From an uncultured Fibrobacterota bacterium (lineage in GTDB: Bacteria; Fibrobacterota; Chitinivibrionia; Chitinivibrionales; FEN-1185), in the NCBI GenBank assembly GCA_963729895.1, contig CAVSQB010000025.1, positions 1 through 64,000 of the forward strand: a DNA stretch of 64,000 nucleotides, written 5' to 3'. This document shows, in pieces, positions 19,424 through 28,572 of the stretch (within the stretch, counting starts at the first letter, position 1; each line of letters begins with the position of its first letter). The translations under genes and the position numbers were made by a program. The notes beneath the pieces were generated by a model that made no database searches, was not told the DNA's origin, and saw nothing but the letters and a program-made list of their open reading frames with translations.

Positions 19424-22400
19424 ATGGACACCATGAATAGAACTGGCAGGCCCCTCTCAAAAGCCCTGAGTTTGGTAGCGCTGGCACTGTTGACGTGCAC
19501 AAAGATCCCGAGCGACATGGCCACGCTTACGCCGAACGTAGGCGCAACGTCGCTTCTCGCCCCGGCGGACGGAAGCACGGACAACATCCTGGCTCCGCGA
19601 CTTATGTGGGAATCGGTTGCCGGCGCAACCGGATATCATGTTCAGGTGTCAACCGCAAGCGATTTCTCCGTGATCGCATTTGAAGACTCGGCTGTATCTG
19701 ACACCTTTAAGGCTGCCGTCGGTTTAAAGTACAAAACGATGTATTACTGGCGGGTGCAGGTGCATGACGCAAGGAGCTTGAGCGACTGGACGATGTACCG
19801 GATTTTTACAACGATAATTGAGCCGCAGACACCTGCAATAGTGTCGCCAAAAGACAGCGCGACAGGCGCGCCCACAACACTCACTTTGATATGGAATTCG
19901 GCTGGCGGCGCGGCGTCATATTTTGTTCAGGTGGCATCAGACACCGGATTTACCGGCATAGTGACGGCGGATTCAACGTTGGGAGATACGGCAAAACTGG
20001 TGACCGGCCTTTCCAACAACCAGACCTACTACTGGCGCATCAGATCACAAAATCCGGGCGGGGTGAGCGCGTGGACCGCCATGAAGAGCTTTACCACGAT
20101 TGTCGCTGCGCCTGTCGCGCCAACGTTGAATTCTCCGGCGAGCGGGGCGGTTAACCAGCAGCTTTCGCTGACACTTTCGTGGAGCACGGTCTCAAATGCG
20201 TCCACGTATTATTTACAAGTAGCCACGGACTTGGCGTTTGCCGACATTGTTTTCAAGGATTCCGCGGTTACCGATACGTCAATGACTGTTTCCGGGCTTG
20301 CAAACGGCGTTCTTTATTACTGGCGGGTGATGGCGCAAAACCAGGGAGGCGTTAGTGCGTGGTCCAACCTCAGCGGATTTACGACGATCGCCGCTGCGCC
20401 GAAGCAGCCGTCGCTGATTTCTCCTGCGGATGGGGCGGTCGGTCAGACCATCCCGCTGACCGTGATCTGGAACAAGGCTGTCGGCGCAGCGACCTATGTT
20501 TTACAGGTGGCAACCGATACCGGATTTACCTTGATTTCCGCGGCCGACTCGATGCTGACTGATACCGCGAAATCGCTTGCCGGTCTCGCGAACAGCACAA
20601 AATACTACTGGCGAGTTCAGGCAAAGAACCCGACCGGCGCCAGTGCATGGTCAACAGTCAGAAGCTTTACAACGTTTGCCGCTGCGCTTGGGACGCCTGT
20701 TTTGCGGTCGCCGGCAGATGCGGCGACCGGTCAGCCCGTGGCTGCCGTGGTCAGCTGGCAGGCAGTCAGCGGCGCAAAGAATTACCGCGTTCAAGCGTCA
20801 ATGAGTAATGATTTTTCCACGATCTTTGTGCAGGATTCCGGCTTGACCGATACGTCTGCAACACTTGCAGGACTTGTCAATAACACCACCTATTTCTGGC
20901 GCGCACGGGCGGAGAACGCCGCCGGATTCGGCAACTGGACAAGTCCCTGGAGGTTCACCACCATCATGGCAGCGCCGCAGATTCCAGCGCTTGTGGCCCC
21001 TGCCGACGCGGCAACGGGTCAGCAATTGTCCCTTGCGCTGGCATGGAACACGGCGGCCGGCGCCGCCACCTACAGCCTCCAGGTGGCGGCCGATTCCAAT
21101 TTCGGAAGCATTGTGGCCGCGGATTCGATTATTGCCGACACGGCGCAGACCGTCACCGGACTCTTGAACAGTACCACCTACTATTGGAGGGTGGCTTCCA
21201 GAAACCCGGTCGGGACGAGCGGTTGGTCGGTTCGCAGGAGTTTTACAACGTTTGCGGCAACGCTGCAGACGCCAACGCTGACGTCGCCACAAAACGGGGC
21301 AACCGGCATTTCGATTGTGCCGACGCTCATCTGGTCCACCGTTGCGAATGCAACCACCTACGAGGTGCAGGTATCGGGCGTCAACGACTTTTCAACGGTT
21401 CTTACCGACGACGCGACGCTGACCAGCGGGTCCAAACCGCTCAGCGCCTTGCTTAACAGCACAATGTATTATTGGCGTGTTCGCGCAAAAAGCTTGTCCG
21501 GGACCAGCAACTGGACTGATTCCTGGACCTTCACAACCATTATAACCGTACCGGCAACCCCTGTCCTTGTGTTGCCGAATGATAATGCCGGGGGCCAGCC
21601 GGTGTCGTTGAGTTTGCTGTGGAACAGGGCCAATGGAGCGGCGACGTATTATGTCCAGGTGGCCGCAGACACAGGATTTGTCAGCGTTATTTCCTCCGAT
21701 TCAACATTGACAGACACATCAAAAGCCGTTAGCGGGCTTGCCAACGGGTCGACGTATTACTGGCGCGTACAGGCCAGGAACCTAAGCGGAGGGAGCGCGT
21801 GGTCCGTGCGAAGGAGTTTTACCACGATCAGGCAGTTTACGCTTACAATAACCGCAGCCAACGGGAGCGTCACGATATCGCCGAACCAGGCGCAATACGA
21901 CTCCGGAGCTGTGCTGACGCTGATAGCGACGCCTGCACCCGGTTATCAATTTACCGGATGGAGCGGGGACGCCAGCGGTGCATCCGACACGGCGACGATC
22001 ATCATGAACAGGACCAAGGGCGTTACCGCCAATTTTGCGATCGCCACCTATCAACTGACGGTAATCGCCGGATCGGGCGGGGCATTTACGGCGCCTTCGA
22101 CCTCACCGGTGACGGTTAGCAGCGGCACGCCAACGACAATAACGGCGTCACCGATTGGCGGCTATGTTTTTGCGAATTGGTCGGTAACAAGCGGTACGGC
22201 TGTCATTGCAAGCGCCGCCTCAACCTCCACCACGGTGACACTCAGTTCCGGCAACGCAACGGTGACTGCAAATTTTGCTGTGGCCAGCACCTATCAATTG
22301 ACGGTAATCGCCGGAACGGGCGGGGCATTTACGGCGCCAACGACCTCCCCGGTGACCGTTAGCAGCGGCGCGCCGACGACAATAACGGCGACACCGATTG

Positions 22401-23626
22401 CCGGCTACAGTTTTGGAAATTGGTCGGTAACAAGCGGCACGGCTGCCATTGCAAGTGCCTCGTCAGCCTCCACCACGGTGACACTCACCTTCGGAAATGC
22501 AACCGTGACTGCGAACTTCGTGCCCATCACCGCTCAACTCACCGTTATCGCCGGAACGGGCGGGACAATCACCGCGCCTTCGAGTTCGCCGGTGACCGTG
22601 AATTATGGCGCGGCAACGACCATAACCGCGCTACCGATCACGGGGTACAGTTTCGTGAACTGGACAGCACCGGTCGGCACGGCAACCATTGCGAATGCGA
22701 GTTCCGACACGACAACCGTGACGCTGACCAATGGTGCTGCCACCGTGCAGGCGAATTTCAAACCGATATGCCAGTGGACGGCGGTTAATAATGGGCTTAC
22801 GAACACTGACGTGATTTCACTCAATTCAAACGGTAACAACATTTTTGCGGGGACAAGCGGGGGTGGCGCTTTCTTGTCCACCAATAGCGGCACAAGCTGG
22901 GCTGCTGTTAATTCCGGACTTACGAGCGGTTATGTCTTCTCTTTTGTCGGAGTTAATAGCAGGATCCTTGCCGGAACGGGCGGGGGCGTTTTCGTTTCAG
23001 CCGACAATGGTACCACCTGGATCGATTCCGGACTAACGGGTTACGCTGTTTTTTCTCTTGCAACAAATGGAAACGGGACCTTTGCCGGCACCAATGGTTT
23101 TGGTGTTTTCGTGTCCCAGGATAACGGCGTAAGCTGGTCTGCCGTCAACACCGGCCTCGGAAATTTGAATGTTCCGGATCTTCTCGCCACTAGCGGCGTT
23201 GACCTGTTTGCCGGAACGTACGGCGGCGGTGTTTTTCATTCCATCGGCGGGGCCTGGACTGCGGTCAATACCGGACTAACTAATGATACGATCCTGTGTC
23301 TTGCGGCGAGTGGAAACGGCAACAATATTTTTGCCGGAACAAATGGCGGAGGCGTCTTCATATCCACCAATAACGGCGCAACCTGGACAGCGGTAAACTC
23401 CGGCATTCCCTCGTCGGAGGCCTATATTCAATCCCTTTTTGTAAGCGGCTCCAGTATTTTTGCCGGAACGAGTTTCGGGCAGGTATTCCTATCTACCAAT
23501 AATGGCGCAAGCTGGAATCTTGCCAACGTAGGGCTCGGGAATCAACCTATCATGTCTTTTACCGGCAACGGCCTCACCATCTTTGCCGGGACAGGCACCG
23601 GCGTCTTTAGCTCTCCCATGCCCTAG
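19424..23626 (+). CDS. Large surface lipoprotein: 8 FN3 repeats + 4 bacterial (InlB-B-like) repeats + BNR/Asp-box beta-propeller
   Basis: Lipobox-like LALLTC; eight Y(Y/F)WR-type FN3 units; GY(x)F(xx)W repeats; STNNGATW-type Asp-boxes at the C-terminus. Confidence 0.85.
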   Translation: MDTMNRTGRPLSKALSLVALALLTCTKIPSDMATLTPNVGATSLLAPADGSTDNILAPRLMWESVAGATGYHVQVSTASDFSVIAFEDSAVSDTFKAAVGLKYKTMYYWRVQVHDARSLSDWTMYRIFTTIIEPQTPAIVSPKDSATGAPTTLTLIWNSAGGAASYFVQVASDTGFTGIVTADSTLGDTAKLVTGLSNNQTYYWRIRSQNPGGVSAWTAMKSFTTIVAAPVAPTLNSPASGAVNQQLSLTLSWSTVSNASTYYLQVATDLAFADIVFKDSAVTDTSMTVSGLANGVLYYWRVMAQNQGGVSAWSNLSGFTTIAAAPKQPSLISPADGAVGQTIPLTVIWNKAVGAATYVLQVATDTGFTLISAADSMLTDTAKSLAGLANSTKYYWRVQAKNPTGASAWSTVRSFTTFAAALGTPVLRSPADAATGQPVAAVVSWQAVSGAKNYRVQASMSNDFSTIFVQDSGLTDTSATLAGLVNNTTYFWRARAENAAGFGNWTSPWRFTTIMAAPQIPALVAPADAATGQQLSLALAWNTAAGAATYSLQVAADSNFGSIVAADSIIADTAQTVTGLLNSTTYYWRVASRNPVGTSGWSVRRSFTTFAATLQTPTLTSPQNGATGISIVPTLIWSTVANATTYEVQVSGVNDFSTVLTDDATLTSGSKPLSALLNSTMYYWRVRAKSLSGTSNWTDSWTFTTIITVPATPVLVLPNDNAGGQPVSLSLLWNRANGAATYYVQVAADTGFVSVISSDSTLTDTSKAVSGLANGSTYYWRVQARNLSGGSAWSVRRSFTTIRQFTLTITAANGSVTISPNQAQYDSGAVLTLIATPAPGYQFTGWSGDASGASDTATIIMNRTKGVTANFAIATYQLTVIAGSGGAFTAPSTSPVTVSSGTPTTITASPIGGYVFANWSVTSGTAVIASAASTSTTVTLSSGNATVTANFAVASTYQLTVIAGTGGAFTAPTTSPVTVSSGAPTTITATPIAGYSFGNWSVTSGTAAIASASSASTTVTLTFGNATVTANFVPITAQLTVIAGTGGTITAPSSSPVTVNYGAATTITALPITGYSFVNWTAPVGTATIANASSDTTTVTLTNGAATVQANFKPICQWTAVNNGLTNTDVISLNSNGNNIFAGTSGGGAFLSTNSGTSWAAVNSGLTSGYVFSFVGVNSRILAGTGGGVFVSADNGTTWIDSGLTGYAVFSLATNGNGTFAGTNGFGVFVSQDNGVSWSAVNTGLGNLNVPDLLATSGVDLFAGTYGGGVFHSIGGAWTAVNTGLTNDTILCLAASGNGNNIFAGTNGGGVFISTNNGATWTAVNSGIPSSEAYIQSLFVSGSSIFAGTSFGQVFLSTNNGASWNLANVGLGNQPIMSFTGNGLTIFAGTGTGVFSSPMP
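22045..22530 (+). repeat. Intragenic 243-bp tandem repeat (two close copies, a third diverged copy follows)
   Basis: CACCTATCAA(C/T)TGACGGTAATCGCCGG at 22045 and 22288; alignment persists with a 243-bp period. Confidence 0.8.
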
Positions 23627-23859
23627 AAAGGGCTTCGCAGGGGAAGCTTGAGCCGGCAGTCTTGTTCTCAAAAGCAAATGACTTGCCGTCAATTCGCTCA
23701 AGTCAATTAGCGACATGCAGAGTTGCCTTAATGCAAAAGCCGGACATTCGGGGACCAGCGCAGCATGATTCAGGTGTGCCGAAAAAGAAGTGGTACTTTT
23801 CTGCCGATTATACCAGTGACTGAAGAAGGTCGTCACCAATCAAAAAGCAAAACCTGTCC

Positions 23860-24735
23860 ATGGGCGCTTTCGTAAACCGTCTCAGCACGGTTGACGAATT
23901 GCTGTCGCACCCGAATATACTCAAGCACCGTTTTGTAATCTCGTCGCTGTACGGCACTTTTCCCAACGTTATCTGGAACGGCGGAAGAACGTTGATGCAA
24001 TCGTATTCCAACATTACCAATGAGAGGGAATGGTACAAAACAAGGAACTATCTCTGGTACGATCCGGACGGCATGGAATCGCTTGTCAAGTCCTACAACG
24101 ACAAGGGAATCGGGATCAGGTACACCTACTCCAATACATTGATTACCAAAAAAGATTTGAGCGACAAACGGGCAAACCTTACTTTGGAAGTGGCTCACAA
24201 TTCAATGAACGCGGTCATTACCGGGAATCCGCTCATAGAAGAATATGTCCGGAAACATTATCCGAAGTTCAAGATCATCAGCTCGGCAACGTCGCAAAAA
24301 AATCTTTCCGTTCCTTTCTTGAAAAAGCGGATTGACGAGGTTGATCTTCTGGTGCTCCCGCCGGAGTATAACGACGATTATGAGCTGATAAACCTGCTTG
24401 GAGTTGACAAGCTAGAAATTCTCATCAACGAACGGTGTGTTCCGTATTGCCCCAACAGGCTGGCGCATTACACGGCGATTTCGAAATCACAGATTCTCTG
24501 GGATTCAAGGTTCGAGGGCGAATGTTACGCCAGGCATTGTCCGGTCTACCGGGCGATGAGGGAAAACGCTCGAGTGGAAACCCTGGTCCTTTCGGACAAA
24601 GAGATTACCGCCTTGCAGAAGCTGGGAGTTCACCACTTCAAGTTCGTGGGACGCCATTTGACTCGGAATGAGTTTATCGGGGCGGTGGACAGATTCCTTG
24701 TCAAGGAACAGTTCAGGATTTCTATAGGCAATTGA
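23860..24735 (+). CDS. Peptidase-U32-like putative Fe-S protein
   Basis: YGTFPNVIWNGGR, NTLI, ISSATS, LEILINERCVPYCPNR...C...HFKFVGR pattern resembling U32 TIM-barrel proteins. Confidence 0.6.
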   Translation: MGAFVNRLSTVDELLSHPNILKHRFVISSLYGTFPNVIWNGGRTLMQSYSNITNEREWYKTRNYLWYDPDGMESLVKSYNDKGIGIRYTYSNTLITKKDLSDKRANLTLEVAHNSMNAVITGNPLIEEYVRKHYPKFKIISSATSQKNLSVPFLKKRIDEVDLLVLPPEYNDDYELINLLGVDKLEILINERCVPYCPNRLAHYTAISKSQILWDSRFEGECYARHCPVYRAMRENARVETLVLSDKEITALQKLGVHHFKFVGRHLTRNEFIGAVDRFLVKEQFRISIGN

Positions 24736-24776
24736 GGCCGATCCGTGCCCGCACATTGTGCACGACCTGCGCCGCT

Positions 24777-24816
24777 AAAAGACACAAACCCTCTTCAGGG
24801 GGAGAAGAGGGTTTGT
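24777..24816 (-). terminator. Intrinsic terminator after DUF362-CTD paralog A
   Basis: ACAAACCCTCTTC / GAAGAGGGTTTGT 13-bp stem, with a short T tract on the minus strand. Confidence 0.7.
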
Positions 24817-24845
24817 CGTCGCAAATCACGGCCAACCAAGTCAAT

Positions 24846-26384
24846 CTACCTGCTCACCACCAAATCTCCTGCCGACTGAGTGTTCCGGCCGCGCAACTTT
24901 ACGACGTAGTGTCCGGTATTCACCATTCTGCCATTGTCGGACATTCCGTCCCACACAATGTGGTTGCTGCCCGGGTTGATTTCAAGCGTCCGGACCTTCC
25001 TGCCCTGTACGGTATAAATCTCCGCGGACTGCACGGTCTCGCCTTGCGCAAGGTTGACGTTGGCGACAACCGGCCTGATGCCGTTGCCGGTCACGGTGAT
25101 TTGCACAATGCCCTGGCGGGAAAGATGCGGGTTCTCCTGGGGCAGCACTTCAACGGCAAAGTTCGAAGCGTCAACGATGCCTTTTCCCGCTCCGGTTTGC
25201 GGGGTCATGAGGGTTGTTATGTCCGCCGCCGTGTAACCGTAGGCGGTCACAAATTTGTCGACTATAGTCGCATTCCAGGTGGGAAACGCGCCCCCCGACT
25301 GGTATTTCTGGGACCTGATCTTGACCGTTGCGACGTGGTCAACCGCGCCGGCAAAGGTACCCATCACAATCGAACGTTGGTCCGCGCCGTCGCTCACGGT
25401 GCCGACCCATTGCCCGGGATCGCCCGCCCACATGCAGTCCACAATGCAAAGCTGCGCCTTTGCGGGATAGGAACCTGGAATATCTCCTACAACATAATCG
25501 GACGAATTGACATACATCAAGGCATAAATGCCCTGGGCTGAACCGACGGATCCTGCCGCATCGCCCCCATCGGTATGGCCAAAGTCAATTGTCCGCTTGT
25601 TGTTCTTCTGGCACATGGTCACTCCGCTGTATTCATTGTAACGGTCATGGCCCTTGTTGACTGCGCAGTTTACAAAGATGTCGACCCCTTCAAGGGTCGA
25701 GGTTGCCGGGGCGTTAACCAGGTTGGGCGTAAAATTGGGAAGTCCTGCAGGAAAAACCGCCGTCGTCGGCGTGCCGTCGGTTCCCGGCCCGAGAACTACG
25801 CCAGCCGGAATAGGCTTGCCCGCACCTATGTAATTTCCAAAAGGACCGGCGTTTCCTTGGTCGTAAATACAGATATTTGCCGGCGCCATACCCATCCCGA
25901 TAAGCACGTTGCACACCTTTGCCACCACGGCAACCGAGGGAAAAAGACCGGCGAAAGTATTCACTTTTATCGCTGCTTTTGCTGTTGCCCAGGTCTTGGT
26001 TGCGGGAATCTTGAAGATTGTGCTCCATGCGTCTGCAGGAGTGGTTTTGTTTGCAAGGGCGCATGCCAGTTTGTCCATGTCAGTTGCGACAACCGAGTAA
26101 TTTACAATCGAATTCGTGGTATTTGCGGCAGGGGTGGGATTGTTGAAGGCGTCCCAACTTCCGTAATGATGGTTGGCATTCATCACGGCCTGATCTGTGA
26201 TATAGGCGACGCGGAGATTGTCGATATCCGTGTTGATGGGCGTTTTGCTGAGGTCTATAAGGGTGAGGTCGATATTTGCCGCAGAGGCTTTTTTCACCAT
26301 CGGAACGCCCACCATCAATCCGGCTGCGCCGACAGCCGAAGCCCTCAAAAAGTTTCTCCTGCTCTCCAAGGTTTTCTTGCTCAT
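24846..26384 (-). CDS. Tat-exported DUF362-like protein with C-terminal T9SS-type/FlgD-Ig sorting domain (paralog A)
   Basis: SRRNFL twin-arginine signal; IKVN and VNCAVNKGH...GVTMCQKN DUF362-like motifs; C-terminal IYTVQGRKVRTL...IVWDG...G.Y. Confidence 0.8.
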   Translation of the reverse strand: MSKKTLESRRNFLRASAVGAAGLMVGVPMVKKASAANIDLTLIDLSKTPINTDIDNLRVAYITDQAVMNANHHYGSWDAFNNPTPAANTTNSIVNYSVVATDMDKLACALANKTTPADAWSTIFKIPATKTWATAKAAIKVNTFAGLFPSVAVVAKVCNVLIGMGMAPANICIYDQGNAGPFGNYIGAGKPIPAGVVLGPGTDGTPTTAVFPAGLPNFTPNLVNAPATSTLEGVDIFVNCAVNKGHDRYNEYSGVTMCQKNNKRTIDFGHTDGGDAAGSVGSAQGIYALMYVNSSDYVVGDIPGSYPAKAQLCIVDCMWAGDPGQWVGTVSDGADQRSIVMGTFAGAVDHVATVKIRSQKYQSGGAFPTWNATIVDKFVTAYGYTAADITTLMTPQTGAGKGIVDASNFAVEVLPQENPHLSRQGIVQITVTGNGIRPVVANVNLAQGETVQSAEIYTVQGRKVRTLEINPGSNHIVWDGMSDNGRMVNTGHYVVKLRGRNTQSAGDLVVSR

Positions 26385-26577
26385 TGCTTTTCCCCCTCTC
26401 GACAAAGTGTAATGGTGAACAGACAGTTTTCTCCCCTTCCCCTATTCTCTACAGCAAACAACTCACTATCTTTCTTAACACCCGGCTTGCAGTTCGTGTG
26501 ACGCTTATTCTTCTCTCCCGTATGGCAAACCGTCATGACCTTCTTTCAACACCCGCCATTTATTGATCTTTAACATA

Positions 26578-27652
26578 TAATGGATACACGATTATTTATG
26601 GCCAAGTGATTTCCGAATGTGCAATACACGATTCAAGGAGCCTTTGAGAACTGCGCACTCGGCCAATAGAACGGTGTAAATGAGATCCCAAATGATACGT
26701 ATCTTCATGGGTGCTGTTGGAAAGATCGCGTTTCCCATGAGTCCAAACATGTTCAATCGGATTGAGTTCAGGAGCATAACTGGGAAGCCAGTTGACATGA
26801 AGTCGCTTGGTCTTTTGCAGGAAAGCTTTAACGTCTGCTCTCTTGTGGATGGGGCCATTGTCCCAGACAAGAACAACGTGCCTGCGCAAATGGCGCAACA
26901 AATACCCCAAAAAAGTGACGACCTCCGTGCCCGTGATGTTATGGGCATGGAAACGGACATAAAGACCAAAATGGTGGCAGCCAGGGGACACGGTGACACT
27001 GCCGATGGCCGAGATTTTATCACGCCGGTAGCTGTGGCGCAGGATCGGTGTGCAGCCCGCAGGAGCCCACGTTTTGCGGACGTTCGGTATGAGCAAAAAA
27101 CCGCTTTCGTCCAAGAAGGCAATATGGGCCTTAAGTTTTCGGGCTTTTTTTTATACTGGGCCATGTCCTGCGCTTCTAGGACGCAATGGCCTTTTCGTCT
27201 CTTTGCAGAGCGCGTCGTTGCGGCTTTTGATAGCTCCAGCCAAAATCGTGGCGTAATAGCTTCCATACTCCTACATGCGTGTAATGGACGCCGTAGTCGG
27301 CATGAATCAGCCGTACGATACGCTTTAATGTCCATAGGTCGGTGGCGTGTCCGGCTGCTACAGCTCCTTTCAGCAGCTTTTTCTTCAGCTTTTCTTTCTG
27401 ATGATCGGTCAAGAGAGAAGGTCGTCCCCATTTGGCCTGGGTTCGAATTCCTTTTCGACCTCTTTTCTGATAGGCCTGATACCACCGCACCACCGAACTC
27501 AGAGACGATTTCAATTTCTGCGCCACAGCCCGATAGGTTTTGCCTGAACGCAGCATGGCGATGGCTTGTCGACGTCGCGCTTCCAATTGCTTGGGATTTC
27601 CGTGTGGTCTCATATACCATAATATAACTATTTCTGATATAAGTATCCATTA
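26578..27652 (-). mobile_element. IS630-family insertion sequence (~1075 bp)
   Basis: TATAATGGATAC (26576-26587) / GTATCCATTATA (27643-27654) inverted ends including a TA duplication; encloses split HTH + DDE transposase. Confidence 0.9.
26596..27613 (-). pseudogene. IS630 transposase, split at an A8 run and carrying a premature TAG
   Basis: orfA HTH (27613-27176) ends AIAS* where ...W-KRRTWPSIKK is expected; A8 run at 27145-27152 links (+1) to orfB KARKLKAHIAFLDESGF...WDN...H...LPSYAPELNPIE. Confidence 0.8.
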
Positions 27653-27899
27653 TAAGTTAAATGTCAGTAATGGCTTTTAACCGAACAACCCCCCCCCTTC
27701 CTGCTCTGACTTCCGCCTTCACATCACTTATACTACGAGAAGCCTAGTACGGACATTTTGGGGAATTATTTGCAATGTTGGATATTCGTGAGAATTGACC
27801 ACCTCTTTCAGCAATACCCACTGAGAATATCCTTCTTTTCAATAATATTGATGCAAAAATATCATTCTTCATGCTATATTCACCCTAAAGGGGTGATAT

Positions 27900-28493
27900 G
27901 TGGAGCAAGCTTTGGATCTTAACACTCTATTGCTGAGGTTGGAAAGCGACTTTCTTTCCGGCATGGTAAAGATTCCCTATGGCAGCAATCGCCACATTGT
28001 CACCTGCTGGCGGGTGCATAATTGCAAAACAAAGCGATGCCCTTCGTACGGCAAAGAGCGGGTTCGTTGCTGGCAGGTGGTCGGCACGTTCTGCAATCCG
28101 AGAAAGAAGGCTCTCACCATCAAGAACAAATTCTCCAATTGCCTGGAGTGCACGGTCTTTCTGCAATCAACGCGAACAAAAGAGCTCAGGGCACTTGAGG
28201 CTCTCAACAACATCGTCTTTATGCTCGACGGCTACGATACGGCCTCGGTCAAGACCAACCGGATGATCATGCAAGACCTGGAACGAATTATCCTTGAATT
28301 CCGGCTCACTGTTCGCGAAATTCCCCTTCTCCCCATGATTCTTAATGGAGAGAAAAGAGCCCACATGGCGCAGGAGCTTGGTGTTTCGATAAACACCCTC
28401 AAAACGCATATCAGGCACCTTTTCAGAAAGATCGGGGTGGGGTCGGCGACTGAACTGCGCGACAAGCTGGCGAGCCGTATCGATGCACAGTGA
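27900..28493 (+). CDS. LuxR-type HTH regulator with N-terminal Cys-rich two-CW domain
   Basis: CW..C..C..CW...C...CxxC (7 Cys), then LTVRE...MAQELGVSINTLKTHIRHLFRKIGV LuxR HTH. Confidence 0.85.
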   Translation: MEQALDLNTLLLRLESDFLSGMVKIPYGSNRHIVTCWRVHNCKTKRCPSYGKERVRCWQVVGTFCNPRKKALTIKNKFSNCLECTVFLQSTRTKELRALEALNNIVFMLDGYDTASVKTNRMIMQDLERIILEFRLTVREIPLLPMILNGEKRAHMAQELGVSINTLKTHIRHLFRKIGVGSATELRDKLASRIDAQ

Positions 28494-28507
28494 GGCGAAT
28501 TGAGGCC

Positions 28508-28543
28508 AAAAAAGAGACCCTCTTCAAGGGAAGAGGGTCTCTT
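28508..28543 (-). terminator. Intrinsic terminator between the convergent LuxR gene and paralog B
   Basis: AAGAGACCCTCTTC-AAGG-GAAGAGGGTCTCTT 14-bp stem with T6 on the minus strand; shares the ACCCTCTTC/GAAGAGGGT core with the paralog A terminator. Confidence 0.8.
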
Positions 28544-28572
28544 GAGAACCAATCCAGACCGGACAAGACAAT

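Noticed and set aside
27176..27178. Amber (TAG) recoding or pyrrolysine suggested by the in-frame TAG
   Set aside because: TAG terminates many genes here at their expected C-termini (e.g. radical SAM, GT2, trpF, DUF362 paralogs); a single nonsense mutation is simpler.
26592..27650. 352-aa alternative-frame ORF and 315-aa antisense ORF (26680-27627) spanning the IS630
   Set aside because: The HTH and DDE motifs lie in the other two frames, and these translations have no protein-like motifs. The long open frames are curious but unsupported.
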